DNA of 64,000 nucleotides from Asterias rubens (taxonomy: Eukaryota). The stretch spans positions 28,954,001 through 29,018,000 of the forward strand of contig NC_047062.1 of NCBI RefSeq assembly GCF_902459465.1. Direction: 5' to 3'. A program made the translations under genes and the position numbers. Below are positions 49,401-64,000 of this stretch, piece after piece (the stretch's first letter is position 1; every line of letters begins with the position of its first letter). Under the pieces are notes generated by a model that worked only from the letters and a program-made list of their open reading frames with translations, was not told the origin of the DNA and ran no database searches.

Positions 49401-52400
49401 TCCATCTTGATATAAGCTATCAGCTGGCATGTCCTGTCATTCAGGTAGTGATGGCATCTAAGGTTGGCTAAGTGCCAGTCTATGGTTTACAACTTCTGAT
49501 GCCTAGTTCATCATTGTCACCAACCCCTGGTACCCCCTAGGGCTAGACAATTATTGTACCAGTAGATAACTTATAATTTTATTAATGTTGATCAGATGCT
49601 TGTACTAATCTAGTTTGTCATCAATACGTAGTGTTGGGAAGTGAGATTCTCATTCTGGAAATTTTAAACAAATATAAGGACTGTGTAGAGTTGTAGTTTT
49701 CCCTTTACTGAACTGAATTGCAGAACCCATTGTTCCTGTCGTCTTCATCATAGATCGAAGATGGCAGGCCTGATAACTTCACAGAAATTTTTTGCTAAGG
49801 TGCAAGCGTATTTCACAGGTTAGCAGAAAAATTGGGCGGCCATATTGCGCGTTCACTGTGGATTGGCATTGTGACGTCGTGCGGTAAGCGCCGGAAGGTT
49901 AGCATGCCTTTTCGTGTGCTTACGGTTAGCAGCGCTATGAAATGGAAATCGTGCAGTAAGTACAAAATCAGCCGCTAAGCAGCGCAATGAAATTGGACCC
50001 TGATTGTTTCACAGTGCCAAAATGTTGAATCCTAATCTAGTACCTTTGAGAGGCATGGTTTAAATTAGCCCAGATGTACCCACTTCATGCTAGAATCAAC
50101 ATTTTAGTAAAAAGGAGATAGGGCCTACAATTTCTTGCAACAAAAACATCAATACTGCATCACTTTATTGCTTTATTTCCCAAAGGTAAATTTTTATAAA
50201 CAAAAAACCAACAGATTCACTGACACTGCATTCTTGAAGCCCATTGTAGCAATCACATTCATAATTTAAAATTCACCTTGATAAAGGGCACTCCATTAAA
50301 ACAAATTGAAATTGCTGCATTGGGTCATTTAATATGTGTCAGGCAATGCCAGTTTGAAGTTCAAGGACTGTAAATTAAACGATCCCTAAATAAATATATT
50401 AGAGACTCTGTGGAGACTAGGGACAACACATGTGTTGCAAATTGGCAATCTTCAGAATACTAAAGAATGGATAACTTGTAATTTGAAAAGCTTAGAGCTG
50501 TTGTACGCCCTATGAATTGGTTAATTTTGTTCCTGAAAGTTAGTTCTTGAATGCTCTTATTTATGCAGGCATGATACTCTTCCTACTTTCATCTCACACT
50601 GATTCTTTTGCCCTCATACATGTAGATATCAGGTTAATTTTTGTTTTAGAATAAAAATACAAATCTACTATACCAATGTGTACATCTTATAGGCAAGCTC
50701 CTTTTCTCAATAAAAATGTTTTTCCTTTTTTCCAAAGGAGGACCAAATATTTTATACCTGTCTATATCTCGTAACTAGGCAATTTAAAGTGCTAAACACA
50801 ATATGCATGACAATTCTGCACCCATTCAGTGAAATTTGTACAGGTTGTTTTAAAAGTTTTGTTTTGAACACTCTGACTTTTATTTTTACCAATGAAGCTT
50901 TGAAAAGAAACCTGGGTATATAACTGTACACATTATTTCAAGAGAAGAGCATGTCACACATGATTCAGCATGTTCTTTATGCATGTAAGCTCAAGATAAC
51001 CCACTATGTACACATAATTGTTTAGCACTTTGCTAGTATGGTTAGATTCACTTCACTATGAGATTGCAAACAAAGTGTGTACAGTCGCTATGTATCTCTC
51101 ATTCAGGTCACTGTGTCATTAGTCAATCCAATGTCACGAACCATCACTAACAAAGGTCTAGGTTAAATCCCATGTTTTTATCAGTGTAATCCGTTTGTAA
51201 CTTCACAGAATCGTGTAGCCCCATGATACCATATGATAGATCAACATTTTATAGCAATGGAGACAAGTATCCAATTAATAGAACCAAAAGCGTGTCAACT
51301 ATTACAAGCTTATCATTAAGCTGTTTGTTCCGTAACCACAGTAAGCAAGAGATTACTCAATATTTATTAGTTATGTAAATAAGTTAATTGGTTTACAATT
51401 GAAGTAGGAGCAGGTTGCTAACATGGGAGCCAATGACAAACCATGGAGGTCTACCGCCATGGACAAACCATGGTTGAAGATTGTATCATTGATGCTAAAT
51501 TTTGATCTTGTTATAAAGTGCACAAGGCACAAAAATATACTTGGTGGGTTCGATGAACATCAGTATTTTTAAAACAAAATGCATCATTTGACTCTTTTGG
51601 GATAGTAGATGATACAATGACACAGTGAACCATTTTATTTCCATAGGCCTATTACCTTCATTTCTGAAAGAATAACATTACCTTCATGCCCCTGGTCATT
51701 GCCTCAATGCCCCTTGAAATGTTGCAAAAAAAGAAAGTATCCTCTTTAGAAGTGTCCTTTACTAAGGAAAAACTTACTTGCCCGACAAGAATGCGTATCA
51801 GCCCTGAAACTGTTTAATCCCATTTGTGGGAACATACAAATTGAGAAATTAACAGTTAAAAGCGATGGAAAAGGTTGATTCAAATTTATCAAAGATTGTT
51901 GAATTATGAAAATAGCACACTTTTGAAGGCCTGATACTTCATTGGGTTTGGGTGGATTTGTCCAGTAGAAATTTACAATTTCCTCATAGGGTGCCTTTTA
52001 CCAAGGAGAAAATGCCTTGGTGCCCTATTCCCTTTCAAAACCGAAGCAAACATGTACAAGCCTGCTTTTAGTTTTCCCAAGAAGTATCCATTGGTACAAT
52101 GTACGCTTGCCCTTCTTCCAAGAGCATTATGTATGCAGGGCTGTGTCCAGTCCACACAAAACAAATACTTGACTCTGTTTCAATTGCAAGTGCACACAAG
52201 GGTTGTGTAAATTTTGAAGGTCAAGCCCTAACGGTTTAATAGGACTGGACTTTAAATATGACTTGACAAACCAACGTTCAGTACTTGTACAAAAGGGGGC
52301 ATTTTAAAGAGTGTTTACTGTTGCTATGGGTGCTGCAAAAGTCCTTTACAGAATTGCTGTTCGAAAAATGTTAAGTTTGGCATCTGAATCATTTATTGTC

Positions 52401-55400
52401 CTCATATTGGCTTGGTGGGGGTTAGCGATGATATTGCCTAAAATTCTTAAAGACTGCTTTTGCTACATCCCTCAAAAAGGATAAATTTTGATATGCTAGG
52501 GTGGCATTCTAAATGAGGCCTATGAATTTTAAAATATTTTTTTCTCATACATGTAGTACAATTTTTAAAAGTACATCAAAGGAATTCTAGATTTGAAAAC
52601 ATGAAAGGCCTACATACTGTAAAACCTTTGTGGACTGTGCATTTTGATCAATGAGTATTGTTGTCATTCACAATCTATCTGAAAATAAACACTGACAAAA
52701 AGCATCTGCTTCTTATTTATTTATAGTCCATTCATAAATGTTTTGAAATAACTGTGAGGAGCATCAAATTGGCTGGTCCAACCACATTAGAGTGGCCTGT
52801 TTCTTTGTTCAGAGAGTGGTAAACAGGCCTCCTGGCCATACATCCTGAATTATGAAGTCTCTATGAAATTCCATATGAATGCCCGGCACCATGCTGTGTT
52901 CAATTACATCAAGAGCACACTGGGCGGTCTGGGTCTCATTCCAGACTCCTCTCGTTCAAACAGATGAGAGCGGCGATCCATAGAACAGACACTTTGCCTC
53001 TGACAATGAAGATGAGTAGAGACTGGCTCCAGAAATATTACCATGTAGACAAGTCAGCCGTGGAGGAATAAACTTTCACCATGGTTCAACAGTCATTTTA
53101 CAAATTAATGGCTCATTCACCCTTGAAAGAGATGAAATTATAAGAATTTCTCAGTTTTTCTCAGCAGTAACCCCCGTAAAAGTACTTTCAGAGAGGGCAT
53201 TTACAAAAGTACATTGCCAAACACAATTCCCATGAGGTTGGCTTACCTACAGGTACCAATAACTCAGCGGTGTGTTGACAGTAACTCGTTAATCTCAGAG
53301 TAGCATTGAGTTTGATGGCCTGTATTTACTGTTAGTAAACATCTTCATTTTTTAGACTGTATTTTGCTTTGAGGAACTGTTGTGTGTACTCGCGAAATCA
53401 AAACCAGAGAGAGCAAAAACCGTTAACCCTGCAGGTGAATTTAGAAGAATATGGGTGGGTAGTAAGCTTTAACGATTTTAAGCATTTAAGAATGACCAAT
53501 TGAGAGTGTTGAAGATCCATCCCATAAGCTTTAAATTTTAAAGTCTTTCTCCAGAAGTAGGGGATCTAGTTTGCTTCAGATGGTATCAGTTAAAAATCCC
53601 CTCTAAAGACAGCCTAACAGATGTTCAGTGTAGTGAGCGAGTGTGACTGACCGTTTTTTTCTTCTTCTGGGGAGCAGAATGAATCCCCTTGATCCAACCT
53701 CACCCTTTAGTTTGTCATCAGGAGTTGCCATTGTCAAAATGCACAGCTTGGAGCAGGCTTAAAAAAGGGGATTAGATTAGGAAGGGAGATAATGCAATTG
53801 GGAAAAAGGGAAATTAATTCAAGGTCTTTTAAAGAGTGGGTTTACTCAGATGTGCAAATAATGAGGGAGATGGAGAGTGAACTAATTTCTACCTTTCATA
53901 TTGCGTCCCATCGCACTAGTCCTGTTCTTCTTGTTTTATTAGGTGTGTTTGCTGTTATTATGTCAGCCAAAACATAATAATAACAGTCACTGCTGTCTGA
54001 AAGTCCATGTCAGTGGTTAAGAGTCTCTAAACGCTGGAGGTCAACTGTTATTACTGCACTTACAGCTAATAAATTAAAAGGCTTTTTTTGAATAGTGACA
54101 GGTGTTTACGTTGTCATAGTGACAAGGTCAATGCGGTATACAGTTTGTGTGGAAACTAAAAACTGTTGAATAACGGATCCCGAAGCGTGAGTACCAGTAC
54201 TGTGTGTGTAATTCCGGTTACGTACACACTGCTGTGAGTGGTACACTAACATAAAGGGAGCCGAGTTTTATTGGAGTACAATGCACTGATAAATCCATGG
54301 TGTACATATTTTATTAACTAGAGAAAATTCATACTGCAGTCCTTTCCATAGGGCAGCTGTTACATTACTTGACAGTGAAAATGTTAATTATCTTACAAAT
54401 GTCTCACTCTGCATAGTGCAATAATAAGTGTTTGTGTTGTCGGCACTAGTCAATATGCACCAATCGATATTTCTATACTCAAACTTATTGATATTTGTAC
54501 CGTTGTCTCCACTAAATGAACCAGGAATGAAGTAAACCCTGCTTATTTGATTGATGTTGATGGTTAGGTGTAGGAGTTATGACATGACAAAATAAGTGCA
54601 TAAAATACACTATTAAACGCATTAATTTAAATTTATACTTTTGTGTCAATGCCATATAGCATATTATAAAAATCCTTGCTTGATATGGAATGTACCCCTG
54701 CACAATGTCAACAATTTCTGCCATTTGGGGAGTCAATTCCTTCGTGGGCATTAACTCCTATTCAGCGGGTTTCAGCCAAACATCAAAAATTTTGGTCCAG
54801 AATGGCCAATAGTTTTGATTAAAAAGTTCTTCCTGCTAAAGTCTTCTTTTTGTTGCTTTTATGGCCCTCACAAAAACCAGTAAAATTGTTGTTAAATTAG
54901 CCTGGAGAAACTAATTAAGGCTATAATATGTGTTGGCCCTTATGCTCAATACAATTTTGTTCCCAAAGGGTCAATAATGCCTGTTTTTAAATCAACCAAT
55001 GGCTACCAATAATTAGCTTGACCACTTAGATAATAAAAACTGACCACTTAGAGGCCTGAAATAACAGACTGTGCTGAAGGATGTCACTTCTAAATTTGTG
55101 TTCTTAGGAAAACCAGTAATATATTGTCACTAAAGTAATAAATGTTGGCTATGATGATCTACATTGCATTACTTGTTATTATGAGACTGTCACACTTGAT
55201 CATAAAGCAGTGACTCAAGCCTTTAAAATGCTATTTCTGAAATACAATTAAGAGATTAATATAAATATTGTAACAGGATAACAATTTATGACTGAAAAGC
55301 ATTAGCCAATTCCATTAGATGGGTTCAGTCACCAGTGAGTGCTTTTCCCCCGATAAAAATATTATAAATTAATGCTCAGTTTATCTTGGATGACTTGACT

Positions 55401-58400
55401 CATAGTTGAATAGGTACCGGTATGTATTTTCCAATTTCGTTAGAAAAACTTTTTGTTACATTACAACCACGTTCTGACCAAGTATATGTCTAGACGGATT
55501 TTTCCTGATTTTCTCATTTCTGGAATTTTCTTGGAGAGCAAACCAAAGTAGTTATTTTTGTGTGTGTGTTTTTTTGTTTTTGTTGTCAATCCTTCAGGAG
55601 GCATTGGTTTTTTTCATTTATCAGGTGAAATGTCATGCATTGAAATCGTTTTATGTTATCCTCTTCTGTTTGTATAAAACTAATATCAAATTTAAATCAT
55701 TATAATAAAATAAAGAATGGGAAGTTATCATGAAGGAATGCTGAAACTTTACCACCAGTTCCAAGTTAACCCCATTCCATCCAAAAATTAAATGCCACAC
55801 ATCTATACCCCTTTAAGCTGAATAACCAAAGTGCATTTGACCTGTGGAAGTACATCAAATCCACTTGTGAATGGTAGTTTGCTCTGTTGCTCTCACAATA
55901 CGTAGTATTTACACAGATTGGTAATATTTAGTTAAAGAAATGTAGACCAGTAGCAAAAGTCCAAAGGATCAACTTAAATTGTCTTTTTTATCTCAATTTC
56001 TCAGATAAAAGCTGTTTCTGCATTTAACATGTATGTCAAATGCACAAAAATGCACACAAATGCATTATGTAACAGAGCAAATACACACCATTTTGGGGTT
56101 CACCATGACCCAAAAATCAGAGATTATTTCACCACTGCAGTGCATTTGTTTTTACAAATTCAAATTTGATTTTAAAGCTTTTAAATTCTTAAAAAATTTT
56201 GTTACATGACGTATGTGTTACTTTTAAAATTTTTATTTCACAAGCTCATGAATATTTTTGAGACTAACGCATTTTGCTTGATTTTTACCACACAGAACTG
56301 TACAAAAACATACCGAATTGTGGAATATGGGACGAGTTACATTGTACATGTAATTCCAGAGAGTACTCTCATAAGAATATTAAATTGAACTATGAAATTG
56401 CTGGTTATTATTTGTTATAACGGGTAGATCAGGATGCTTTTAAGATATTTTAAACAGATGGGATGGGAATCATTTTGTGATAATCCCATCGAGATCTAGT
56501 GTCATACACACTCCTCTTAGTTTCCTTCTCATCAATACTGTCATGTCATCAAACCCAACCTGGATGAAATCTACCCCCAACCAGTCCTCCTTATGTATAG
56601 TTGTTAAATGTCTGTCGCGGTGATAGCGTTTCGAATCTCCCCAGGATTCCCATGCAGTATTCTCGTGAGACTGCTGGCGAGCATAATGCTTCCACAACTA
56701 CATTCCCATTATTAAAAGTCGGCAACCAACAATTCGCGCGAAGAGCAGTGATCTCGCGAGAGCACCGCCACAACTCGACTATCTCACCGCGGCAGACCAT
56801 TAACGTCTTGTCCACAAGTCTACCTCATGTAGTAAATTATTTACCATCATGCCTATGCACACAGCTTCCAGGCACCGGGATAGCTCAATTACTTTCTCAT
56901 CCAACCATCTTTGTGAAAGTTCACCGGATTTGTCATCATCGAGCTTGATGTATCTTCTTGAAAGAGATAAACAGTAGACCTTATTTGGTTGTGGAAGAGG
57001 CCCCAGTGTCATCAGTGTTGTCTCTGGTTTGTTTTGACAATGATTTTTTTCCCCAGCAATGAGGGAAATTGATGGAATAAGCCTTTTTGAGATATGGCGG
57101 ACACAATGCTAGTTGTACAACACTATAAGGTTTGGGTAAATTTGTGTGTATACACCCAAACCAAACAGTGCACTCCTACATTTGTATCACGTCCGCCATA
57201 CCTCAAAAATGCTTATTAGCTGAATCTTCCTCTGCCATCTGGGAACAAAGAAGGTCCTTGATATTTAAGCTTACTCAAAAAAGTGAAGAAGAATATAAAA
57301 AAAAGCCTGATAATCTTAAATACTCCTTTGCAGATTAAAAATGGCATTACCTTTTAAAGGTAAACCCAATTAATTAACTGGAACCCTGAGTGTGGTTTTC
57401 AGTTATTTTTTTTAATTTTCACTACATAAAATGTGGTGGTTTTAAAAACCATATATTTGTGGTGTAGCTTGGAAAAACATTTTTGTATACTATGTCTTTT
57501 TTTTTACAGTTCAAATAACAATAAAAATGAAAGCTCAAAGTTCTTTGTCTTTAATACTGATCAGTCTGTCATCATTTGGGATTTGAGGGGTGTTTTTATG
57601 TAGAACTAACATCCATGATCCGTTTTGAAATATAAATCCTGCTCAAAAAAGCAGGATTTAATTTCAGTGAGTCACAATTTTTCCAGACCTTGAGCTTTGA
57701 CCGTGTTCATCATGCAATACCAGTCCCAGGCACCACTGTGAGCAGGCCCCATGAATGTTCCCATCAAGCCAGCCCTAGGCCCAAATTTGGAAATGTGAAG
57801 AATGAGCAGAGCTACCAATTTGTCCAAAAATGAAAGCTATTTGAAAGGTGTAATCGGTATCTTTTCTTTAATAGGCTCTTCTTGTCTCAATATCGAAGTA
57901 TCAAAAAATGAAAAGGTTGAACTTGTAAAAGGGCAAAGAAGGAATCTGATACATATGACAGTGAAGCGATGAAGTATTTCAAACTGTCACAGACGGTGGT
58001 AATTCTGATTTAACAAGGGCTGATTTGTTTTAATTATTATCCCAAATTTGACTTTTGTACATTCTTGCATGGTGCATTTGGTCATACGCAACTAAGTAGT
58101 TTCTTCATGACTGACTTTAGTGAGAGTGAACAATCATTTGTAAACATATGTAATGTAGATGTGGGAGTAATTTGTGAAGTCTGATAGTGATATGCAAAGT
58201 GGAATATGGACTGGAATATGTACACAATTCGAAATCTTTGAGCACATTACGAGCTTGGATTTTGAGATGTTTGCTAAATGCCATTGACTAAACAGACAGT
58301 ATCCTGTTTTTAAGAAGAAGATCCATGATCTTTCCACATGAAGAGTAATGTTTTCACCCATACAACATTATCATTATCAGTTTCCCTTGTGGTTTATATT

Positions 58401-60795
58401 GATAACATTATCATTAAACGGGAAACTGTAATACTTAGATTCTGAACTGGGGATGACATTTAATGATCAGATAATTTGGCAAAAAATGTTCAAATGGGAG
58501 ACTTTTGGTCGATCCTTTTTCACAGTTCTCGCAAGTAGTGCACTTACTTGCTCAGAATTACTTGCGCAGCTGCAAAAAGGTCCATTATGCCTGCTGCCGC
58601 TAGCGGCTCAAAAGTCTCCTGTTGTGTTGTAACTTGTGTATTAGCGGAATAATTTGAACATCTATCTTGGTCACTTAGCCACCCTCTTCTCTTCAACTTT
58701 GATTTGTTCATAAGTTTCCCTTGTGTATATTACTTAATATAAAAAACCCATATAAACAACACATCAAGTTTTAAGTCTATCAGAAAGCACTGAGCATCCT
58801 CCTCATATAAACTTTTGTGTTATGTTTCGGCATTGTATACTCTTTGGTTTCACTTAAGTTTCAACAGCTGGTGTTTATACTGTGGTTTCTCACTACTGCT
58901 ATGGCCTCATCATGTAACTGTATGCGCTACGTTGAGCCAAGTGTATCATCATGGAACATTTTCCCATGTCTAGTGAGAGGCTTTCAAAGCAAATATTAGT
59001 TGTGGAAAGACACACCTAAAGCAAATAGAGGGTTCATGTACCGGGTAATATTGCAATGGTAAAAGATTAATTTAAATTTGGCGCAATTCTTGTGTGAAAC
59101 AATTTTTAACAAATACCTCTACAGCACTGAGAGTAACAATCAGGTGATGATTTGTTTACTTCAAAATCACACTATGGTCAGACAATTCTTAATTACTGAT
59201 CTTTTTGTACATAGCTGTAAAGAGGAGTAAAATTTTAAAAAGTCCAGTTTAGTCTGTGGGGTGAGACTCTGAGAAGGCTTGAAATTTTAGGCCATTAACA
59301 ACTTTTGCATTTACACTAAAAGTAATTTTGGTGGTAAGCAGTTTGCTTTGTATCTAATTCTGTTTTTCTTGTAATATTCTCACTAGTCCAATATGTTGGA
59401 AACCTTGAACTATGAAGTGTTATGCACATGAGACAGTATTTCTCCAGCAGAGCTTGACAGAAGGGCTCACATTTTCACTGAATAATGGATGCCAGCCTGT
59501 TAGTTGAGTCAACTCTCTGTTGTCATTTCACAGAGGTCCATAACCTTACAAGATGTAGTTCATACTTCACCCTACCACCCACTGGAGCCCAGGACCCCAA
59601 CTTTAAGGTTTATTGATTTGCTGGGGTAATCAGCAGCCTATGAAAGCGCTCACATTGATTTACCTCCTAGGTTTCTACTGGGTAGCAAAAGCCTTTTGTA
59701 AAGCACCAACAATGAACGATGAAAGAGTTATATTCAGGACTGGAACAGTTGGTAATAGGTGGTTTAAACAACATTGATCCAGATGAAAACAATTCAAGAA
59801 AGGTCTCTGAAACTAGGACAGTCAAAGTCTGTCATCCTGTTTTCTTTATTGTGTTCCTTCTTCTGATGATCAATTGAAATAGAGGGCTAACTGATGAATG
59901 TTATTAGGCATGTGTCTTATGTCAGTTATTTGGTTTCCAGTTTCTAACTGTCTAAATGAAATCCAGGCTTGCTGTTTGACAGTACCAATATATGGAAATC
60001 ACTCTCTCTTGTTGTTGAGAATCAAATATTGTCTTCCTTCATGCCATTAGACCAAGTCCAGGATGACATTTTCTGTCAGCCCTTGTAGGGAAAACTGATC
60101 CAAGACGGTTAGAGGTTAAAGGAAGTCAGGAGGAGTCCAACATTGTGTTTATTGTAGAGAAAACTAAATTTCATTTCAAGAGGAAACTTTATTCCAATTA
60201 TCAATTTTTTTAAGACAATATTATGAAGGACTGGTACAACAATGGTTTTGGGATGAGCACTGTTTATACACTTATCCCAGTTCTTAGTTTTTATGGAATG
60301 TGTAAATAAAACTGTTGGGCTGAAATGTCATTAAAATTACTAAGTAGGCAGTACACCAATGGTTTCAGCTTTAGTGAAAAAACAAACCATGCATACATAT
60401 TAATTGGTATTGTTAGGCACTTCCGTCCGAGCAAATTAAATGGGAATGTAATTTAAAAAAAAGCCTGGTTTCTTTTTTTCGGGTTTCAACAATGTTCTGA
60501 CTGATATGTATGTATTTCTGGGCGTAATCAAAACAAGTACAAAATGATACGTTCCTTACAAGTAATAAATATTCCTTCGAAATAATTATATTCCTTACAT
60601 ATATTACATATTCCTTCCAATATACATGTGATACATTTTTACCAAATAATATTTTCCTTGCTCCATACCCAGCTAACAGAATGACAAATCTACTTGATAT
60701 CATTGTTTTGATATCTTCGAAATTGTAATCTACATGTTTTTGAAACTTTTGTGATTCAAGAATTTGTTGAATGTTTACAACAGACAGTTAGAGTA

Positions 60796-60866
60796 TTTAA
60801 ACTAGTTGCGATAACATAACCCTCCTCGCCGTCGGGAGGAAGGTTACGTTATCGCAACTAATTTAA
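60796..60866. repeat. 71-bp hairpin element
   Basis: 26-bp IR with 2 mismatches (TTTAAACTAGTTGCGATAACATAACC) around an inner CCTCCTCGCCGTCGGGAGG stem-loop. Confidence 0.85.
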
Positions 60867-63800
60867 AACCAGAGAGGATATTTCTCAAGGGTCTGCTGAA
60901 GCAATCACATCTGTCGGATGATGCAGCCAAACCCATTCCATCTGTACATGTAGGAATGAGATGCATTTTCTTCATGTCTTATAGTCCTATTGAGGTCCTG
61001 CAAAAGATCTTAAAGACTCAAGTTTGAGGAAAACCCAAACGACCGCAGCCCTGATCTTGTGAAACAACATAACATACTCTGATCATTATCAGCGTCAGTA
61101 TCTGTCCTGAATTTCTGCGCTAGCTGCTAGTGTCACACAATAAACGCTTATAACGATTCTAAGTACGAGGCTAATTGTATTAATCTACAAATACGTTCAT
61201 TGCACAGTTTATATTTCCCAAATCCCAAATATATTCTCCTTTATAAAAACAAAAACTGCATTGCTTGTTTTGCTACCTTTCCTTGCAGAATAGTGGAGGG
61301 GGTAGTGACTATCACTGTTAATTTGCAACGAGTGTTCAAAATTCTGCTTGGCGCCATCAGTAATATGCCTTTCCAACCAGTTCTGCACTGGTAAATTATT
61401 TAGCTGTCAGTTGAAGTGATTGGACACTCTGCAAACACATCACTGATGCATGGGTATGGAGGTAAAAAGTGGTGTACAGTTTCAAATACATCTTTTACAT
61501 GGAGCATCTAAATATCTTGGGGGAGATCAGTTTATGAAAGTTGAAAGTGACACCTTATTACGGAACGCTGTACAGCAACTTCATGTTCTAAAATTTAAAA
61601 CCGTTGTTCACTAAAATTTGAAAATGTTTGCTTGTCCAGAGTGGCACCCATCAAATTGTCCACTGGTAATTGATTAACCAGTCTACTGAAGAGGCTGGAC
61701 TGGGCAGAAACACAACTTAAACACATCACAGGTGCATTCTGCGTAGGCAGGTGAAGAAGTTTTTAAAAGTTGAGATACTGGACTGTTTTTTGTTTTGTGT
61801 TGAACCAATACTGGAGGATGATGTGCTGTCAGCGAAACAACTAATTGAACATTGAACTTGTATCAAGTAGCTGAACCAGGGTCAGCCTACTTAACACACA
61901 TGGATTCTTGTATTGTAGGCTCTATTTGCCTTGTCAGGCATTAGCTCTTGGTGTTGTCATGGAGGAAGAATAGACTCTGTTTCAAGTCTGTCCATTGGCA
62001 TAGAGACTACATGTTTAAGCCACATTAGAGGGCGCAATGCTTTAACGGGCTTGCTTTTAATCTTTTTCCATGTAAACACTACAATCTCCGACTTGGATGT
62101 TGGAGAACCAAGATTTTTTTCAAATTACGACTGATGGCCGATATTTTCAGCATTAGTGAGCAAATTAAACCCTATAGTTTGGGGGAATTGTATGGAGGTC
62201 CAAACAGAAAAACATGGGTCCACTTGGGGACACTTGGGGCCAACTTCATGAAGCTGCTAAAGCAGAAAACGCTGCTCAGCCATTTTCTTTGCTAATCAAA
62301 AGTTTGTTGGAATCTAGTTGAAACAATGAAAACTTTATGGAATTTTGGTCGCTAAACTGTTCCAGCTAAGCAAGATTGTTTCTGTGCTGAGCAAGTTTTT
62401 GCCCTTTGTACACGCTTTATGAAGTTGGGCCCTGATGTTTACACAATGAGTTGAAGAGTAGCAATGGCATGGTTAATATTACAAAGTTTTGACTGTACCT
62501 CTTCATGCCCAATTGATCAGTGCTTATTATGGGCAATGAGGCAGCAAGCCACCCACTGTACAGTAAAAAGTAACTGAATGAAGTTATACCTGCAGCCTGC
62601 ACTGTACACATGTCTTACAATTTAACAGTGTGAGCTATTTACAGTGCACCCAAGAGTCAACTTGTCAATGCCTACCTCCATGGTGTCACCATGGAGGTAG
62701 AATTACATTAGGCTTCCGTGATGTCACATAAGTTTTACTTGAGTTCATTCACTTGTCAATGAACTAGAAACATGAATGGGCTAGAACTTTTGAGGCTAAC
62801 TGATGAAATCATCATAGAAAGTGGGAAAGATGTGTCAAGCATTCTGCATCAATGCCTATTTTGCAATCCTTTAATAGTCTGTTAAAATTAAAAAATCATA
62901 GTTTGGTGTGGGTGTGTGTCAAGACAAATATATAAAAAAAGGTCAATTGTTTTTATGTTGATTGTTCTGAATGGCCCCTAAGCTGTGAGATGTCCCACTA
63001 CGGTTACAAAAAGTGTTTTAAAAGCAACATCTACATGTAGATAAATATTTCCCATTTCCCTTATAGAAATGTTGTTCTTCTGAAAAGGACCCTAGAACAC
63101 CATGTCAACAAATATATGTTTAAAAATGTATATTTAAAGCTAATGTAGGGCATACACTTGTAATTGTACATCATTGGTCTATAGTCCTAATTGGATGTTG
63201 AGTGGCTTCCTCCATGATTATTTTGTGATAGAACTATACAGACACTTTAAAGACCCTGAAGGGCCTGTACTCAAACCTTGTGAGACTCCCATTTGCCCAA
63301 CTTGATACAATTTTCAGGCTTTTTGTGCCTTTTCATCACATACAGTGTAAACCCCTACAGCTATAACATCAAAAGGTCTTCCTGGTTTGTATGGTGAGAC
63401 CATACGAGACCATGGTGAGACTCTTGAGGATATTTGGGCCAACTGGGAGTGATTATTATGTGATAAGTCCTAGGCTGATGAGCTTTGCCTGTAGGGGACA
63501 TAGGTTCCTCCTTGTTGGCCTTGGGGTATTGATCTATTAAAACTGCCAAGCAGGTACTACATGTACAGTACACATTACAAATGTACAGTATATCACACCT
63601 AACAGTGTATCGGTTTCTCTTATTGTCTGCTTGTTGGAACAGCAACTTGTGGGTGCATATATTGATTTGTTGATATTTATTGCTCTATATGCTTGGTTTG
63701 GGTACTTTTGTACCATAAAAAACACAACGTCCACCGATTTACATTAAACTTTGGTTTGGAGATAATGATGATAGAAAGCTTTACTTAAATGCTGAGTTGT

Positions 63801-64000
63801 TGTAGTTTTCTACAAATGAGTAAAACAATGTCACAAACGTAATCTTTGTAGCAGGAGACAATTTCTTTTAGCATGTTGGCTAACAACGAGTTGAAACTAC
63901 TCTCCTGATTTTTTTTCCTCAAAACTTGATGACTAATGAAGATGAAATTTCTACAGGTAAATTAAAGCACATCTTCATTCACAGTGAGTAGGGATTCATG

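Overview
AT-rich, intron-rich animal genomic DNA. It is probably from an invertebrate deuterostome such as an echinoderm, which is inference only. Four spliced genes were reconstructed by hand from GT-AG boundaries and reading-frame continuity. (1) BTBD10/KCTD20-family gene, minus strand: first coding exon only, the rest runs off the left edge. (2) A complete 12-exon CDKAL1 (tRNA methylthiotransferase, 580 aa, minus). (3) A complete 7-exon L-lactate dehydrogenase (340 aa, plus), divergent from CDKAL1. (4) The first three coding exons of a STARD9/KIF16A-type kinesin-3 (plus), followed by an intron of more than 15 kb. Introns carry many MITEs (TTAA Kolobok-type, CWG/TAA Harbinger-type, foldback), tRNA-derived SINEs, one LINE 3' end and a 1.2 kb G-rich satellite. 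The most striking observation is a hidden, diverged second copy of LDH exon 5 inside LDH intron 5 (about 38060-38145). It keeps the WKxLHKxVV(E/D)S motif through synonymous changes and has a same-phase donor. It has no acceptor that would allow simple mutually exclusive splicing, but it has a GCCATGG start and promoter-like motifs upstream. This suggests an internal-promoter, roughly 130-aa LDH lacking the catalytic core, or alternatively a 72-nt cassette exon. Two independent duplications of an intron-exon acceptor junction, each with the AG knocked out in the extra copy, were also found. All gene calls rest on recalled family motifs; no database search was run.
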